From assembly GCF_009834535.1 (NCBI RefSeq), contig NC_045696.1, forward strand, positions 54,314,001 through 54,378,000: a stretch of DNA of 64,000 bases. The letters are read 5' to 3'. Below, in pieces: positions 25,241 through 37,689 of this stretch; position 1 is the first letter of the stretch; each line of letters begins with the position of its first letter. This stretch comes from Camelus ferus. Its lineage: Eukaryota. A program made the position numbers and the translations under genes. The notes beneath the pieces were generated by a model that was not told the DNA's origin, made no database searches, and worked only from the letters and a program-made list of their open reading frames with translations.

Positions 25241-27709
25241 AGGAAGGAAATATTTAGGCCTCAGCACTGCCGGAGTTTACCACTAACAGGATGATCTCAA
25301 TATGTATATATTGCCTTTCCCCAGCTCCCCACAAACTCTGCCCAGAAGCAGCACATTAAGAGGAATTACAAAGATAAACACCTGCTAATCAATTAGAGAG
25401 GCTAGATCTCCAGGGGAACAGACTAGGCTAAGGAAGTAAGCGCCTCACCTCCCACCTCCGGTGCTGCCCCATTCCTAGGACACGTCCCGTCCACCACAGC
25501 CGACATCTGAGGCTCCAGAGGCAAGCGGGTGTAATCACAGTCAGCACTCCGGCTCTCCAGTCGTTAGTCTGCACCCTCCGACCAACAGCATTTTCAGAAA
25601 GGGCTTGAAGTAGGGATGGGGGTAGTAGTCTTAGCATTTTAAAAGCAAAAAATCTCCAAGTGTTATTGATAATTAATGCAAGTATGGTTGCATTTAGTGT
25701 TATTTTGAAAATCTTTGCTATCAGGCAAATCGATTTTTAAATCAGATTTTATCTAAGTGAGGTTCTGATATAACAGATTCAACTTAATAGATGCTTAAAA
25801 TGAATATTCCAGGACCCCATCACCAGTGATGATAATTTATCAGGCCCGGACCAGGAAAAATAATCTTGACCTAAGTAACTTTACAATATTCTCATTCTAA
25901 AATACATGGTGGAAACCACCACTTGAAGCTATTTTTTAGTTTTAATTACTTACTGTTTAAAATAAATATATTATGTAACACATACATTGCCATAGTATTA
26001 CCTATATATTTAGAGATAAGGATATGAATAACTATTTCCCCAGAAGCATTTGGTTTCTCTACTGTCTATGCATGAGCACCTGAACACAATTACTTCAGTC
26101 ATAATTTTCTGACAAATCTAAAAATTGACTGTTGGTATTACTTGTCTAAAATTCTTTAATAAAAAGTACTTAATAAATATCTTATCCTATTATTTTCCTG
26201 ATTATAAGACTTAAAATATAAAATTCCATAATATTTTATGTAGTTATAAATTAAGATTAGAAAGATTGATTTTTTTTGAGCCCCAAGACTTAGCCATTCC
26301 CTGAAAATGCATACAGCAGGGATCTCTTAGAATTTCTTTAATTATACCATGTAAAATGCCATCCATTTTGACTACTCACAAATATACTGAGGAGAGAGAG
26401 ATTTAAAAAAATCAGTGGTTATATTTGGAGTTAAAAATGAGATACTTCAGACAGCAACACGCATCATAGTATCAAAACAAATCGGATGTGTCACATGACA
26501 CAAAGGAAGAAACAGCAACCCTGGATTCTGGTGTGGGGTTATCTACAAACAGTGACGTGGGCATTAGTCACCTTATGTGAAAAAAAACGGAAGACGGTAA
26601 ACAAGATGACGGCAAGACTTCCTTTCAGTTCTGACAGTCTGAGTTTTTAATCTGCACTTGCAGGGACCTATCAGGATAGAATCACGACCAGATTGTTTGG
26701 GCAAGATTTAGAGCATCTCTGACACAAGCTTGTGTGTGGTCACCCTGTGCAATAGCGAGCAAATTGTAGGGCACGTGTAGCAGCAGAAGCGTGAGGTTTC
26801 CACAACGCCACAGCTGCTGCAGAACAAGGCTGAAATGGGGGTCCTGGAGAGGTGACTAGGCAGCTATGCTGTGACTGAGGAGGCGACTGGAGGATGGTTT
26901 CTGAGTCAGGCTGCTGCAGGGAGGGGACAAGGCCTAGGGGCAGGGTCTTTCCCTGGAAAGCACACAAGGCGGATGGCTCTCTCTGCCCCGAGCCTCATAA
27001 GCACCACCATTTAAACAGCGGAGGAAAAGGAAGACGTTTGTGAAAGTGACATATCTTTACGTGACTATGGGAGAGTGGCTTTTACATTTTTATTATTTTC
27101 AAAAGAAAACATTAGGAAGGTCGGTCAAGCCAGCTGCCTTGTGAGGAAACAAAGAACCAGCGCTCAGGGAGCAAGGATGGCAGGGAAGAAGGAAAAGTCA
27201 GCGGATAGGATACTTGTCTCCGAACCCGAACTGTACAAAGTTTCTCAAAACTTACATTATAAATAAGTGATATTGTACTAATGCTTTTTCTTCCCTCTTG
27301 ATTGGCTCACCATGAGACTTCAGTCTGACAGCCTCTCACCATTCTGCCATGCTGTTTTTCTTCTCTGTTTGTCTAGGTTCAGAATAAAAGACTTGGCCTA
27401 TACGGCAGATCCTGCCAGAAGCAAAGGCAAGAACCATTATGTAGAATATTTAATATACTTGAAGCACACTTGGCTAAGTTCCTAGAAGATCAGAGTTTCA
27501 TTCCTGAAATGTCCTTTTATCTTAATCCCAGTTAACCACCTTTTCAACTAAATGGTGTGAACTGAAGACCTTTCATCTTTCCTACCATATAAGCCTAAGC
27601 CTGTCCTCTGAGGTCTTATAATTCAGAAGTATTACTCCTTGCTGAAGTGTTCTCAGGAAACTCTTTTCATGAATGTTAAATTTTGACAACAGTCCTAAGA
27701 TAATGACTC

Positions 27710-27870
27710 AGTTTTATATACTGCTTACTGCATGCAAAGCACTCTCAAAAGTGCTTCACACATATTTACTCATTAATCCTTGTTGTAACTCTATGCATTA
27801 GGTGCATCTTACAAACAAGAAATCAGGTATCAAAAGAGGTTAAGTGACTTGCACAGAGTCACTAAAAGAA
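27710..27870 (-). mobile_element. MIR
   Basis: gtgcttcacacatatttactcattaatcct...gaggttaagtgacttgc. Confidence 0.8.
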
Positions 27871-28115
27871 TGAGCAACTTCATGAAAAGGAAAGAAGCAG
27901 CTACTCTGTGAAATGCTACTCTTGCACAAGAACATACAAGTCCGTGATGGCGCCTCATGACTTGTACTTGACATGGGAGAAAGTGATTGCACTTTGAAGA
28001 CAAGAGGCCTGCATTCAAATAAAAATTCAGCCACACACTAGCTGCAGGATTCCTGAGCAAGTAAGTCACTTAGCTTTTTTGAGGCTGGAAGTTTTTTTAT
28101 CTCTAAAAATGGAGC

Positions 28116-28763
28116 TGTTAGAGCAGGCAGATATGAGCAGAGAAAGGGGGACACAGGCCAAATGGCAGGAATTGGGCAGAAAGGAGGGGCACAGGCTGAA
28201 TACAGGAAATCATACATCATGTAAGCACCAGGGATCCCAGGGCAGAGAAAGAAAAGCAGAAACCTCTGGGCTGATAAGAGGTCACAACTTGTGGGGTGAT
28301 GAGAGGCCTAGAGGCCAACAAAGAAAGGTGGGAAAAGGCAGGAATCTCCAGTGTCCAAATTAACCTCTTGCTCATTATGCCCTAATTTCAATAAAATTAG
28401 CCTTGCAGATTAGAAGTTCCCATCATGCACTGATGCCATGACACTTTGGATTCAGACTAAATAAGGACAAAAATCCCTTCTCCCTTTGGGAAGGTGGAGT
28501 TGGGATGAAAATCAGGGAATACAACCCCAGAGTCCTCCCTCCCTAATGAATATTCCACCCATTCATTTTCACACTCTATGTAACCAACTTGCCAAAGAAA
28601 CTCCTGGCAGCTGCTCACCTGAGCCAGCCTGCTCTCCTCTTGAGAGTGTACTGTCTATCCCTTAATAAATCCTCACTTTACTTTCTTAACCTCCGTGTCC
28701 TGTCTCTGAATTCTTTCTGGGACAGGACAAGAACCTGGACACTGGTTACATTTACCAGCAACA
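28116..28763 (+). mobile_element. ERV1-class solo LTR, MER41-like, 648 bp, 4-bp TSD GAGC, inserted in a MIR
   Basis: TGTT...AACA termini; GAGC at 28112-28115 and 28764-28767; AATAAA at 28664-28669; atgaatattccaccc and gaattctttct...caagaacc hallmarks; MIR sequence on both sides. Confidence 0.9.
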
Positions 28764-30534
28764 GAGCTAGGGTTTAAAGAGATGATGTGAGGGTCAAAAA
28801 TAATGTATCAGAGATACCTGGTACACACCAGTCACTCAAGAGTTACTGATGTTATTATTAAAATCAGTTAACTATAAAGGGCTACCTGAATCTATTACTC
28901 CCTGTTACCCTTCCTACCATTATGAGGTTTCTGCTGTTTCCTCTCTCCCTTAATATCTGGTGATGCAGGACCCAGGTTACAGTGCAAACAGTATGCAGGG
29001 GCCACAGCAGGCCATAGCACATATCTGAGATCCCCAGGATCCTATCTGTTCACTGCATAGACGAATGGCCAGTTAAGTTAACCCCAGGGTTTCATTCTCT
29101 GTAATGATACATCTCAGGCCATCGATCCATGGCTTTATTTTCAAGCTTATTTAAGCAGGAGCTATAAAAAGCAGAGTATCACATACATGCAATATGGAAT
29201 TAATCCTCACCCGCTCACCCCTCTAATTCTCCCAGATACCTATTTATTCGCCCTTATTTTAGGAAGTAGAATCCAATAAAGAAACAGGTTGGGAAATTTT
29301 TTTAGGGTTATCATTTTCCACACAATGATATAAATGATTCTGTGTACAATCGCTATCTTGCTCGTGAGAACCCAGGGCTGTTTTCTGGAATGGCGTGCCA
29401 GAAACAGAAATCAGCATTGCTCCCTGAGGTGATTCGCTATGGCATTATTGCTGCTGTGAATTTTCTAAAAATTGTAAACCTCATCTTTGTTAAAGGAGGC
29501 CTGGTTTTAGTTTTCTTTTATCAATAGGCAGTAAGGTTAACTATATCAGGCCTATGAGATGTGAAGGGAATTATCAATTTATTGTACTATAAAGAGCAAA
29601 GGAAACTCGAGGCTCTTTTAGCCATAAAAGCATCCTCTTCCCTTCTTCCTTTTCCTTCTCCCGAGCTGATACAGAGGCAGGAATGGCCGTGTGTGTCTGA
29701 GCAGTCAGGAACGGAGGCGAGGACCACTTCTTCTCACACCTGCCTTTGACATTTCAGGAACTACTGTGCAATTAATTTAAGGTTGAGGAACTCTATTTTC
29801 TTCTTTGAGGGCAAGGGGGATGTGAACTATAGGAATATTTCCCTGTAAGTATTTTATTCCCTGAATAAAGAAATTTGTATAAAAGCAACAAGGTTCATGA
29901 TGTAAATTGCTTCGAAGAAATTTGTTCCTTGAGTTCCACACCACAGGACTAAATTCTTGGTTCTAAGTTTTAAGATTAAGTTCTTTAAAGTAGGGATGTT
30001 GGTGACTTACATAAACAACTCCCAAGAGCAGGATCTCAGATATGTGATATATATAACTGGCACTTTGTAGAGTCTGGGTAAAATCACATCTTAGGATGCT
30101 CGCTTAATAGTAATTCCTACATAGCTTCTAAGAGGTTTCAACTCTATATATTATGTAGAGTGTATGTTTTTAAGAGTTTTATGGGAGTCAGGAGAATTGG
30201 CTTCTGTCTCTCCATTTGCATTTAATGTTCTAAAAGTTCTTAAGCTGGAAATGGTCTGAGACAGCTCACTGGGACTCTTTCAATTTCTAAATAATCAAAC
30301 CTATCATCAGCCAACTCTCAGTTTTATCTTCCTTCAGGCAGGTTTAAAATATATGCATATATGCTATAGAAGCTGTTTTCTTTTTTCCCTCAAACCTCGT
30401 TTCAGGAGCCAATATGCTGGTTTCCCAAAGGAAAAAAAAAAATGTTTGTTTCCATGATTTTGGCAGAAACAAATGTTTTCTTTGGGGCTGTTCAGTCAAA
30501 TGTTTTCAAGTTTTCTTGTTTCGTTCTGTTGGGG

Positions 30535-30551
30535 GGAGCACCCCCTGGTGG
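30535..30551 (-). promoter_or_regulatory. CTCF binding motif
   Basis: Minus strand reads CCACCAGGGGGTGCTCC, a near-consensus core, in non-repeat DNA. Confidence 0.7.
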
Positions 30552-30859
30552 AAAACTGTGAAAATGTTTGCCACGTGTTTTGACTGTTAGGTTCAATAGG
30601 CAGATGTGTTTGGAAAAAACTACTTTTACACAAATCACACCCAGAGCTGCTTTTTTCAATGTTAATGTCTTGAAAAATTTCTTTACTTCTTTCTAATCAT
30701 TACCACACTATTTAGAACGTGCTTCCTTGTTTTAGATGTTGCACAGACACAGTCAGTGGAGATGCTGCTATAATCCCCGTGCGTCAGAATTGAGTGAAGA
30801 AGGGCACCGAGGCATTATGTTCTTAGAGGTGGGCAAAGGAGGAGCCTTTTCTTCCTCCC

Positions 30860-30970
30860 TTGCTACTATTCCCTCTCTCTCTCCCCTCTCCTGACTGCTC
30901 TCTCCCTGTCACTCTTCCTCTCTCTTTCTCCCAGTCCAGTCTGTTTGTCTGTCCTTCCTTCCTTCTTTCC
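30860..30970. repeat. CT-rich polypyrimidine low-complexity tract
   Basis: Read directly. Confidence 0.8.
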
Positions 30971-31265
30971 TACAAGTACAAACAAAACTCTACTTCCTAG
31001 AGGGCTTCAGTGAGTGAGACAACAATCTCCTGGGAAGATACCCAGTTACAGGTAAAGATTAAGGTCCATCCCCTTCCAGAAAACTATCCTGCTACAGCAA
31101 CCTGGGGGAGATTAATGAGAAGGTGGTTTGTTAGGAGATCTTCTTGGTCCCCCACTTCCTCCAAAATATGAACTTGAATAATTACTGAAAAGAATATATG
31201 CATTTTATAGAGAGAAAAAAATCAAGTCTGGAGTAACTGGAAAGAGCACTACTGCTTATCCTTCT

Positions 31266-31725
31266 TGTTATGGGTTGAATCATGTACCCCAAAATTAATA
31301 CATTTAAGTTCTAAGCCCTAGTACTTCCGAGTGTGACCTTATTTGGAAATACCATCATTGCAGATATAATTAGTTAAGATAGGTGGTACCCAAGTAGGAT
31401 GGGCCTCTAACCCAATATGGCTGCTGTCCTTATAAAAAGGAGACATTTGAACACAGACACACAACCAGGGAGAATGCCATGTGAACATGAAGGCAGAGAT
31501 TGGGTGATACACCTGCAAGCCAAGTAAATAAAAAATTGCCTGCAAACCCTTTGAAGCTAAGAGAAAAGCACAGGACAGAGTCTCCCAGAGCAGTCCTCTG
31601 AAGAAACAATCCTGCCTATTCCTCGAATTTGAACTTCTAGCCTCCGGAATGGTAAGGTAACAAATTTCTACTGCTTAAGTTATCTGGTCTGTGATATTGC
31701 GTTATGGCAACCCTAGCAAATTAAT
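31266..31725 (+). mobile_element. MaLR solo LTR, MLT1C-like
   Basis: tgttatgggttgaat...gtgaccttatttggaaata...gtccttataa...atggcaaccctagcaaa. Confidence 0.92.
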
Positions 31726-33039
31726 CTTCCTTTGAACCCAACTGGTGGTCCCCTCTCTGCCTAAAACCTTTCAGAGTATAGACCAGTTTGAGTGGTCCAA
31801 CTCCTTCCCGTGGTTTCCTGGCCATCTGTACTCAAAAGCACTGAAGACAGAGATAGAAGACAGATGACAGATTGGGGACTTGGCAAAATGGCCAATCTCC
31901 CAAGTGGCTCTTCCTTACACTAAGGCTTAGCAATAATCATGTCTGCCGCCACTACACAGAACCAAAATGTAATGGCAAAACAGCAGGGGAGCCCAGAGTC
32001 TCTCTCCACCTCTTATGTTCCCAATGACCCGAGTGTGGATGTTACTGCAGGCAAACAAAACAGAACAAAAGGAAAGAGGCGACAGACATGTCTCCTGGAA
32101 TACCTATGCTGATTGGAGCTTTCTGAAACCTCTTTAACCTACTCTCCATGGAGTCGTCCAGTACTCCTATCTTCTCTGACACATCCTCCTGCCTGAGGGA
32201 CTATGTTCCACACTGTTCCCCAAACACACTAAAGCCTTTTCTCCATTTGGTTTGCTCACTGTACTACTCTCATCCCCTAAGGACATCCAGCTCCGCCTTC
32301 TACTTGGAACCTTCCCCAACCAAACCAACCCACGTTAACCACTCCCCGTGGTGCTTGTTGACTATCCTGCATCATTTAAAGTCCAGGGACTTTCCTTCCA
32401 CATCAGAGTCAAGTCCAATGAAGACCACTGTAACTTTCCTTATTTAAAGGTACACTTCACAGCATGCTATGCTCTGGAGCGTACCGTGGCTGAGCAATGC
32501 AGGCTTACTTTCTGAAAGAAAACAAATAGCTCTGATTATGTGGCTGGACATCTCCATTCCCAAATATACACAAAGATGTGAATAATGACTTTAGAGTCTG
32601 AACAATATTTTCTTTTATAATATACCATGCCTACAGCAACCTGAGAGATGGGGATTCTTACAATAATATTGAAGGTTTGGGATTAGTTAGAAGGTAGTTG
32701 AAAAAAGCTTTGGAATATGTTTCAGGCTTATGGTTCTCAGGTGATAGTATTTTATAGAAAATTTTACTCAGAGAGGAACTTCCAGACTTTCAGGGTTTTT
32801 TCCCTTTATTTTTCTTTCCATTTAATCTCCTGGTTAAGGAAATTCCAGTCTCCTTATGATTATTCCCACAACTATCCAGATTTCACTTACACTTCCTGTC
32901 ATACACTCTGTTTCCAACAACCCCCAAGAGAAGGAGAAATAAGCCTATGCCACGTCCTTTTCTTCTGAAATGATGAAACAACAGGAGAAGGACACATCAC
33001 CCAAAACTCCCGTATCCACTCTAGCCAAATGCTGAGCTG

Positions 33040-33850
33040 TGTGCTGCGCCCAACCAGCTCGATTACGGTGTCATCCCTCCCCTTTGTTTATATTTATTAT
33101 TTTTGGAGGATTTTCCCCCTCTAGTGGTTTGTGTACCTTTTCCCATTTTTTATAAGTCATGAATCATAGTTTGATTTACAACCTCTCTCAGGGGAGATAG
33201 GCAAGTCTAATAAGGGAGCAGCCGGCAAGTGTAATTAATACCCGCCAGACATTGTACCACATTAGCATGCCCGTATCCCGGGCTGGGGAAGAATGAAGTC
33301 GAGAGCGATGTGCACAAGGCCAAGAAGCCACTCACCCTGGGCATCAGCAGCGATGAGTGATATGAAGCCGGGACAGTGGGGGCTGAGACCCACTGCCCCA
33401 CTGGTCCAGCACGAAACACTAGGGGAACAGAGAGCTGGGTAAGGAGGATGGACAGGCCCACGGAGGAAGGATGCGGAGACAGAGATGCTGTGTGTGGCTG
33501 ATGGATCACTCCCGTTTCAAACACAAAAATAAGGCAGCTTGCCAGAGCAGTGTGGGCCAGTTTCATTAAAACTCTTCATTCATCATACTGAAATGAGGCA
33601 GTATGTGTTACTATAATGGTGTTGGCCTAGTGCCAATGCTTTCCCCATGGTGGGTGGCCATTCGGGGAGGGCAGAGTGGTAGGTGGGGAAGAAGACAAGA
33701 GGACGGCCCCGCCCAGCACGCCTTGCATCTATCCCATCTCAGCCCTACACCCAACAGTCCGCGAGTACGTGGAAAGGCCCAGAACCTCCACAACAGTGAA
33801 GAATCAGGCACCCGGATCCCTCCCTCCAGCCAGCCCCCTGGCACAAAATA
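33040..33850. promoter_or_regulatory. CpG-enriched promoter/enhancer-like segment
   Basis: Roughly two dozen CpGs in about 800 bp; GC box GGCCCCGCCC at 33705-33714; no recognisable repeat. Confidence 0.45.
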
Positions 33851-36119
33851 ATCAGAATTATCATCAGTCTGGCTTCTTAGTGGGGATATTTTGGGGGAGC
33901 AGCTGCATTTCCATATGTTGCCTTCATACATTCATGAAAGACCAAGATTTCATAAACATACAGGAATGGATATAAATTGAAGGGGTGTGTGTGTGTGTAT
34001 GTGTCTGTACGGGCAGGGGTTCCTCTCCCTCCCTAAAATTATGCTATAAAAACAGTTTAAATGATACTATCCAAACCTTTCCCCAATGATTTTCATCAGT
34101 TTCTTAAAAAAATATTTTTTTTAAATATCTTAATGGGGAAAGGGGAATCAGACTCAGATCATAGTATAAAAGGCTGGCATCGCATAATTGGGTCTGACTG
34201 GTACAGACATTTCCCTGCACCTGATTACACAGAGGAAGAGGACAAAAATAAAAGACTGCCCAAGCAAGGCCTGACCGTTGTTTCTCATGGATCACTTGCT
34301 GTGTCCTTGGCCATGCTATGCCAATCTTTCCTAGGTACAATACTCACCCTGATATTTCTGACAGTCAGATTATGAAAGCATATGTAGTAATGTTGTAGGT
34401 GCTATAAAATGAACAGAATTCCCCACAGCTGTGAGGACATGACTGGCATTGATGTTGCCAGATGAGGGATGAACTGCATATATCAAACTTGTCTCCAGTC
34501 TTTTGATGGATTCTTTGTCTGCTTCCCGACGATGCCAAGACTCTGCATCGGGTGCCAATGCTCAGGCAGTAGCTCAGAGAGAGCACGCATTGTTCAATTA
34601 CACAGAGCACTTCTGTGGAGGGTTGCTACTTTCATGGTTTGTTTTCGAGGATTAATGCTGGCAATACCACAGAGTCAACTTTTCAGCTTGGAATACTAAA
34701 CAGAAATATGGCATCTCATATGTGATATGAAGAGTGATTTAAATTGTGCTCTAATTCTGTTCTTTAAAAATTCATTCATCATTCATTCATTTACTCGTTG
34801 AGCAGCAATGCTCTGTTTTCTGGACTGCAGGACAAATTCAAGGCAACAGAGATGCCGAGATGAATGAGAGACAATTGCCTTGCCAAAGGTATATGCATGA
34901 GCTATGTTTACAAATAGCATGTCTGTGATAAGAGACATTAGAATGATGCAGCTTCAGGGCTATAAAGATTCCATGAAGAAGACACAGTGCTGGCAAAATA
35001 TATTCTCAAACACACACAGACACACAAATATACACAGTCTGTCAGTTTTGTTGTTGGCATAACTATGAATTTGGCTTTAAATACTAAGAGCAAGAAGGCT
35101 GCATATTATTTTCAATACTGAAATGGAAAAGTAAACTCCACTGAAAACGCAGTCTCACTATTTAGCCCTGCATTTGATGTTTTCGCTCATGGATCTATGA
35201 AAGCCCTCAAGTCCAACCATCTCATATAAGACTCACCTAAGTAACCTACCTCCTCCCTATTTCCTGGGGCACAGCTGCTAATGAATGGCCAATGAAGGGC
35301 AAGCAAGGGGGAAACCTGGAACCAGAGAGCCTGGATAATTATTAGAACGAATAATTGGCTTCTGAAATCTGAGAGTTGATTGTATGTATCAATTACTGGT
35401 TAACAAAAAAGTACATAGGTCTACAATAAAAATTATAACATTCAGAATAGGTAATTTGGTGAGATGAAATATGCCCCCAAAGTCAAATGTTAAAAACAAA
35501 GGTTATCATTCATCCGATGTCAACTGATTAATTATGAACTCACTGTAGCCTAGAATAGCTCACTAACAGGAAAGCAGTGGCTTTATCAGATTTCCCTATC
35601 CTTGTCAAAAAAGAACTAAACAACCAGAAAAGTGTAGAGCTACCATGCAAGGATCTTCCTGGCTTATCATCAAGCTGCCCAACAAAATATATCTACTTGT
35701 CCTGCTAAACATAACCTCAACCATCTCTTATTTATTGTGGTTGGGAAGGGTAGAGATGGTATCAATAAATCTATAGAAAAAGTCAAAGCCTTACATTAGC
35801 TAACGGTTGTAAACTTCCTTAGAATTTCCACTTTGGTCTTTGGCGATGTGAGTTTTCTATATCTCTAAGAAGAGGTAATGAAAGAAAAATATATTACATT
35901 TTATTTCTCTCTTCTCTTTCACACATAGCCTTCAAAGAAAAACTGATAACTCATTGAAATGAACAAGAGAAACAGTAAGAAAGGTAGGATATAGTTTAGA
36001 GAAGTATGCTGAGTTAGTATATTTCAGACTATTTAAGTAGAATTCTTTTTGGAGGAATCTATCTGCTACCTTCTATGAACTGAAGATCAAGCCAAGTTAC
36101 AGGACTGAGAGATAAAGGA

Positions 36120-36350
36120 GAATTAATACAGCATGTATTCAGTTCCTGTGATGTGCAAAGAGTTATGAATATATGACCTTACTGAATATTTTATGATTCT
36201 TTTAAAAGGTAGGTATCACAATCCATTCAATAGGCAAGAAGATCGAGGCTTAGAAAGAGTACGTAATTGAACTAAATTTTTATAGCTAGCGAATGGTAAA
36301 GCTGGAATAAAACCTCAGCCTTACCAACTCTGCTATACAATTCTTCCTCC
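36120..36350 (-). mobile_element. MIR
   Basis: aggtaggtat...gaggcttagaaag...gctagcgaatggtaaagctggaat. Confidence 0.65.
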
Positions 36351-36739
36351 CTAGAATACATCATTTTAACTTTTTAGCTTGTTTTAAAAATTTATTGGAG
36401 GCAGCAGAGAACACTGAAAACCTGAAGAACAACAGAGTTTGCACACTGGGGATCCTTAAGTAGGCAGATATGATGTATATAACCTATCAGGATGCAAGCT
36501 GTATATTCAAAAAACACAAAGGAGTGATTTGTTACCAATGGAGATGTGTCAAACTTGTTTTAGAAAATCCCTTGTTAAGAGGAAGTTTTCATTTCGTTTT
36601 GGACTACTTTCATTTTGATTAGGTAATCTTACCTCAGCACTTTGGAGTTACTTTCTCAATCCAATATACTTCACATCATCCTGCAGACAGCTAATGAAGA
36701 CCAATCTCTTAAGTAAGATGAGCAGCAGTATCTCATATT

Positions 36740-36950
36740 GCCCTGGGTTCAAATCTCAGCACTACCACTTTCTAGCACCATGACCTTGGACAAGTTACTA
36801 AACCTCTCTGTGCCCCAGTTTCCCCATGTATAAAATGAGAATATTAGCATACATCTCTCAAATGGTTTTGGTACAATACATTCATTAACAAATGTCAAGT
36901 CCTTAAAAAGAGTATCTGGTAACCAGTTCATGCTATGCAACACCTTGCTA
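36740..36950 (+). mobile_element. MIR
   Basis: cctgggttcaaatctcagc...tgaccttggacaagttactaaacctctctgtgccccagtttcc. Confidence 0.93.
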
Positions 36951-37689
36951 TTCTCACACTGATAATAGAGCCTAAACATATAGCCGAGGGCCTGGTACTC
37001 AGCAAGGTTCAACAATTACTAGTTTCCTTTCCTCATGTGAAAGCATATAGTTGCTTTCTCTCACAGAAATGTAGCTAAATTAAACTCATTCAGGGTTCAG
37101 TGTCCTTTTATTTTTCCTACTCCTTCAATTCTCCTATATTCCCACCTTAGATTTTTGCTACCCTCAGGAGAAATACATAGTGCCATTCACACATTCCTCC
37201 ACCCATCCCAAGACGCTAGTTCCTGTTATTCACAGGCACATCCTGGAATTCTGATAATTTCATTTTATGATAAAAATCTTAAAATTTCAGTATAAACTTC
37301 TGATTAAACTCCACCAAGTGTGAATTTGAGTGATATATCACCGTGTATATATATACACACACACATACATAAACATAGTGAAAAGATACATATATGTGTG
37401 TGTGTGTGCTACATTTTGCATAAAAATGTAAAATCAGATTCCCAGAGTTGGGAAGTCCTACCTCATCCCTTTGCCATCTGATGTATAACACTTATGTAAT
37501 AAAACAGGTAATAAAACAAAAAAGCCTATCAAGGCTCTGTTGGGATTTTTCCATTCTAAGGATTTTATAATGATGAAAATTACTTAACTATTCCTTAACT
37601 TGAGCTGAAATCTTTCCCCTTTCCATTTACTGGCCCTAGATTTGCCTTCTACAGAAATGGTAAACAACTTTTTTTTTTTAAACAGCATT

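Noticed and set aside
33207..34699. Cluster of 60-120 aa ORFs on both strands
   Set aside because: Explained by locally higher GC and fewer stops; no protein family recognised.
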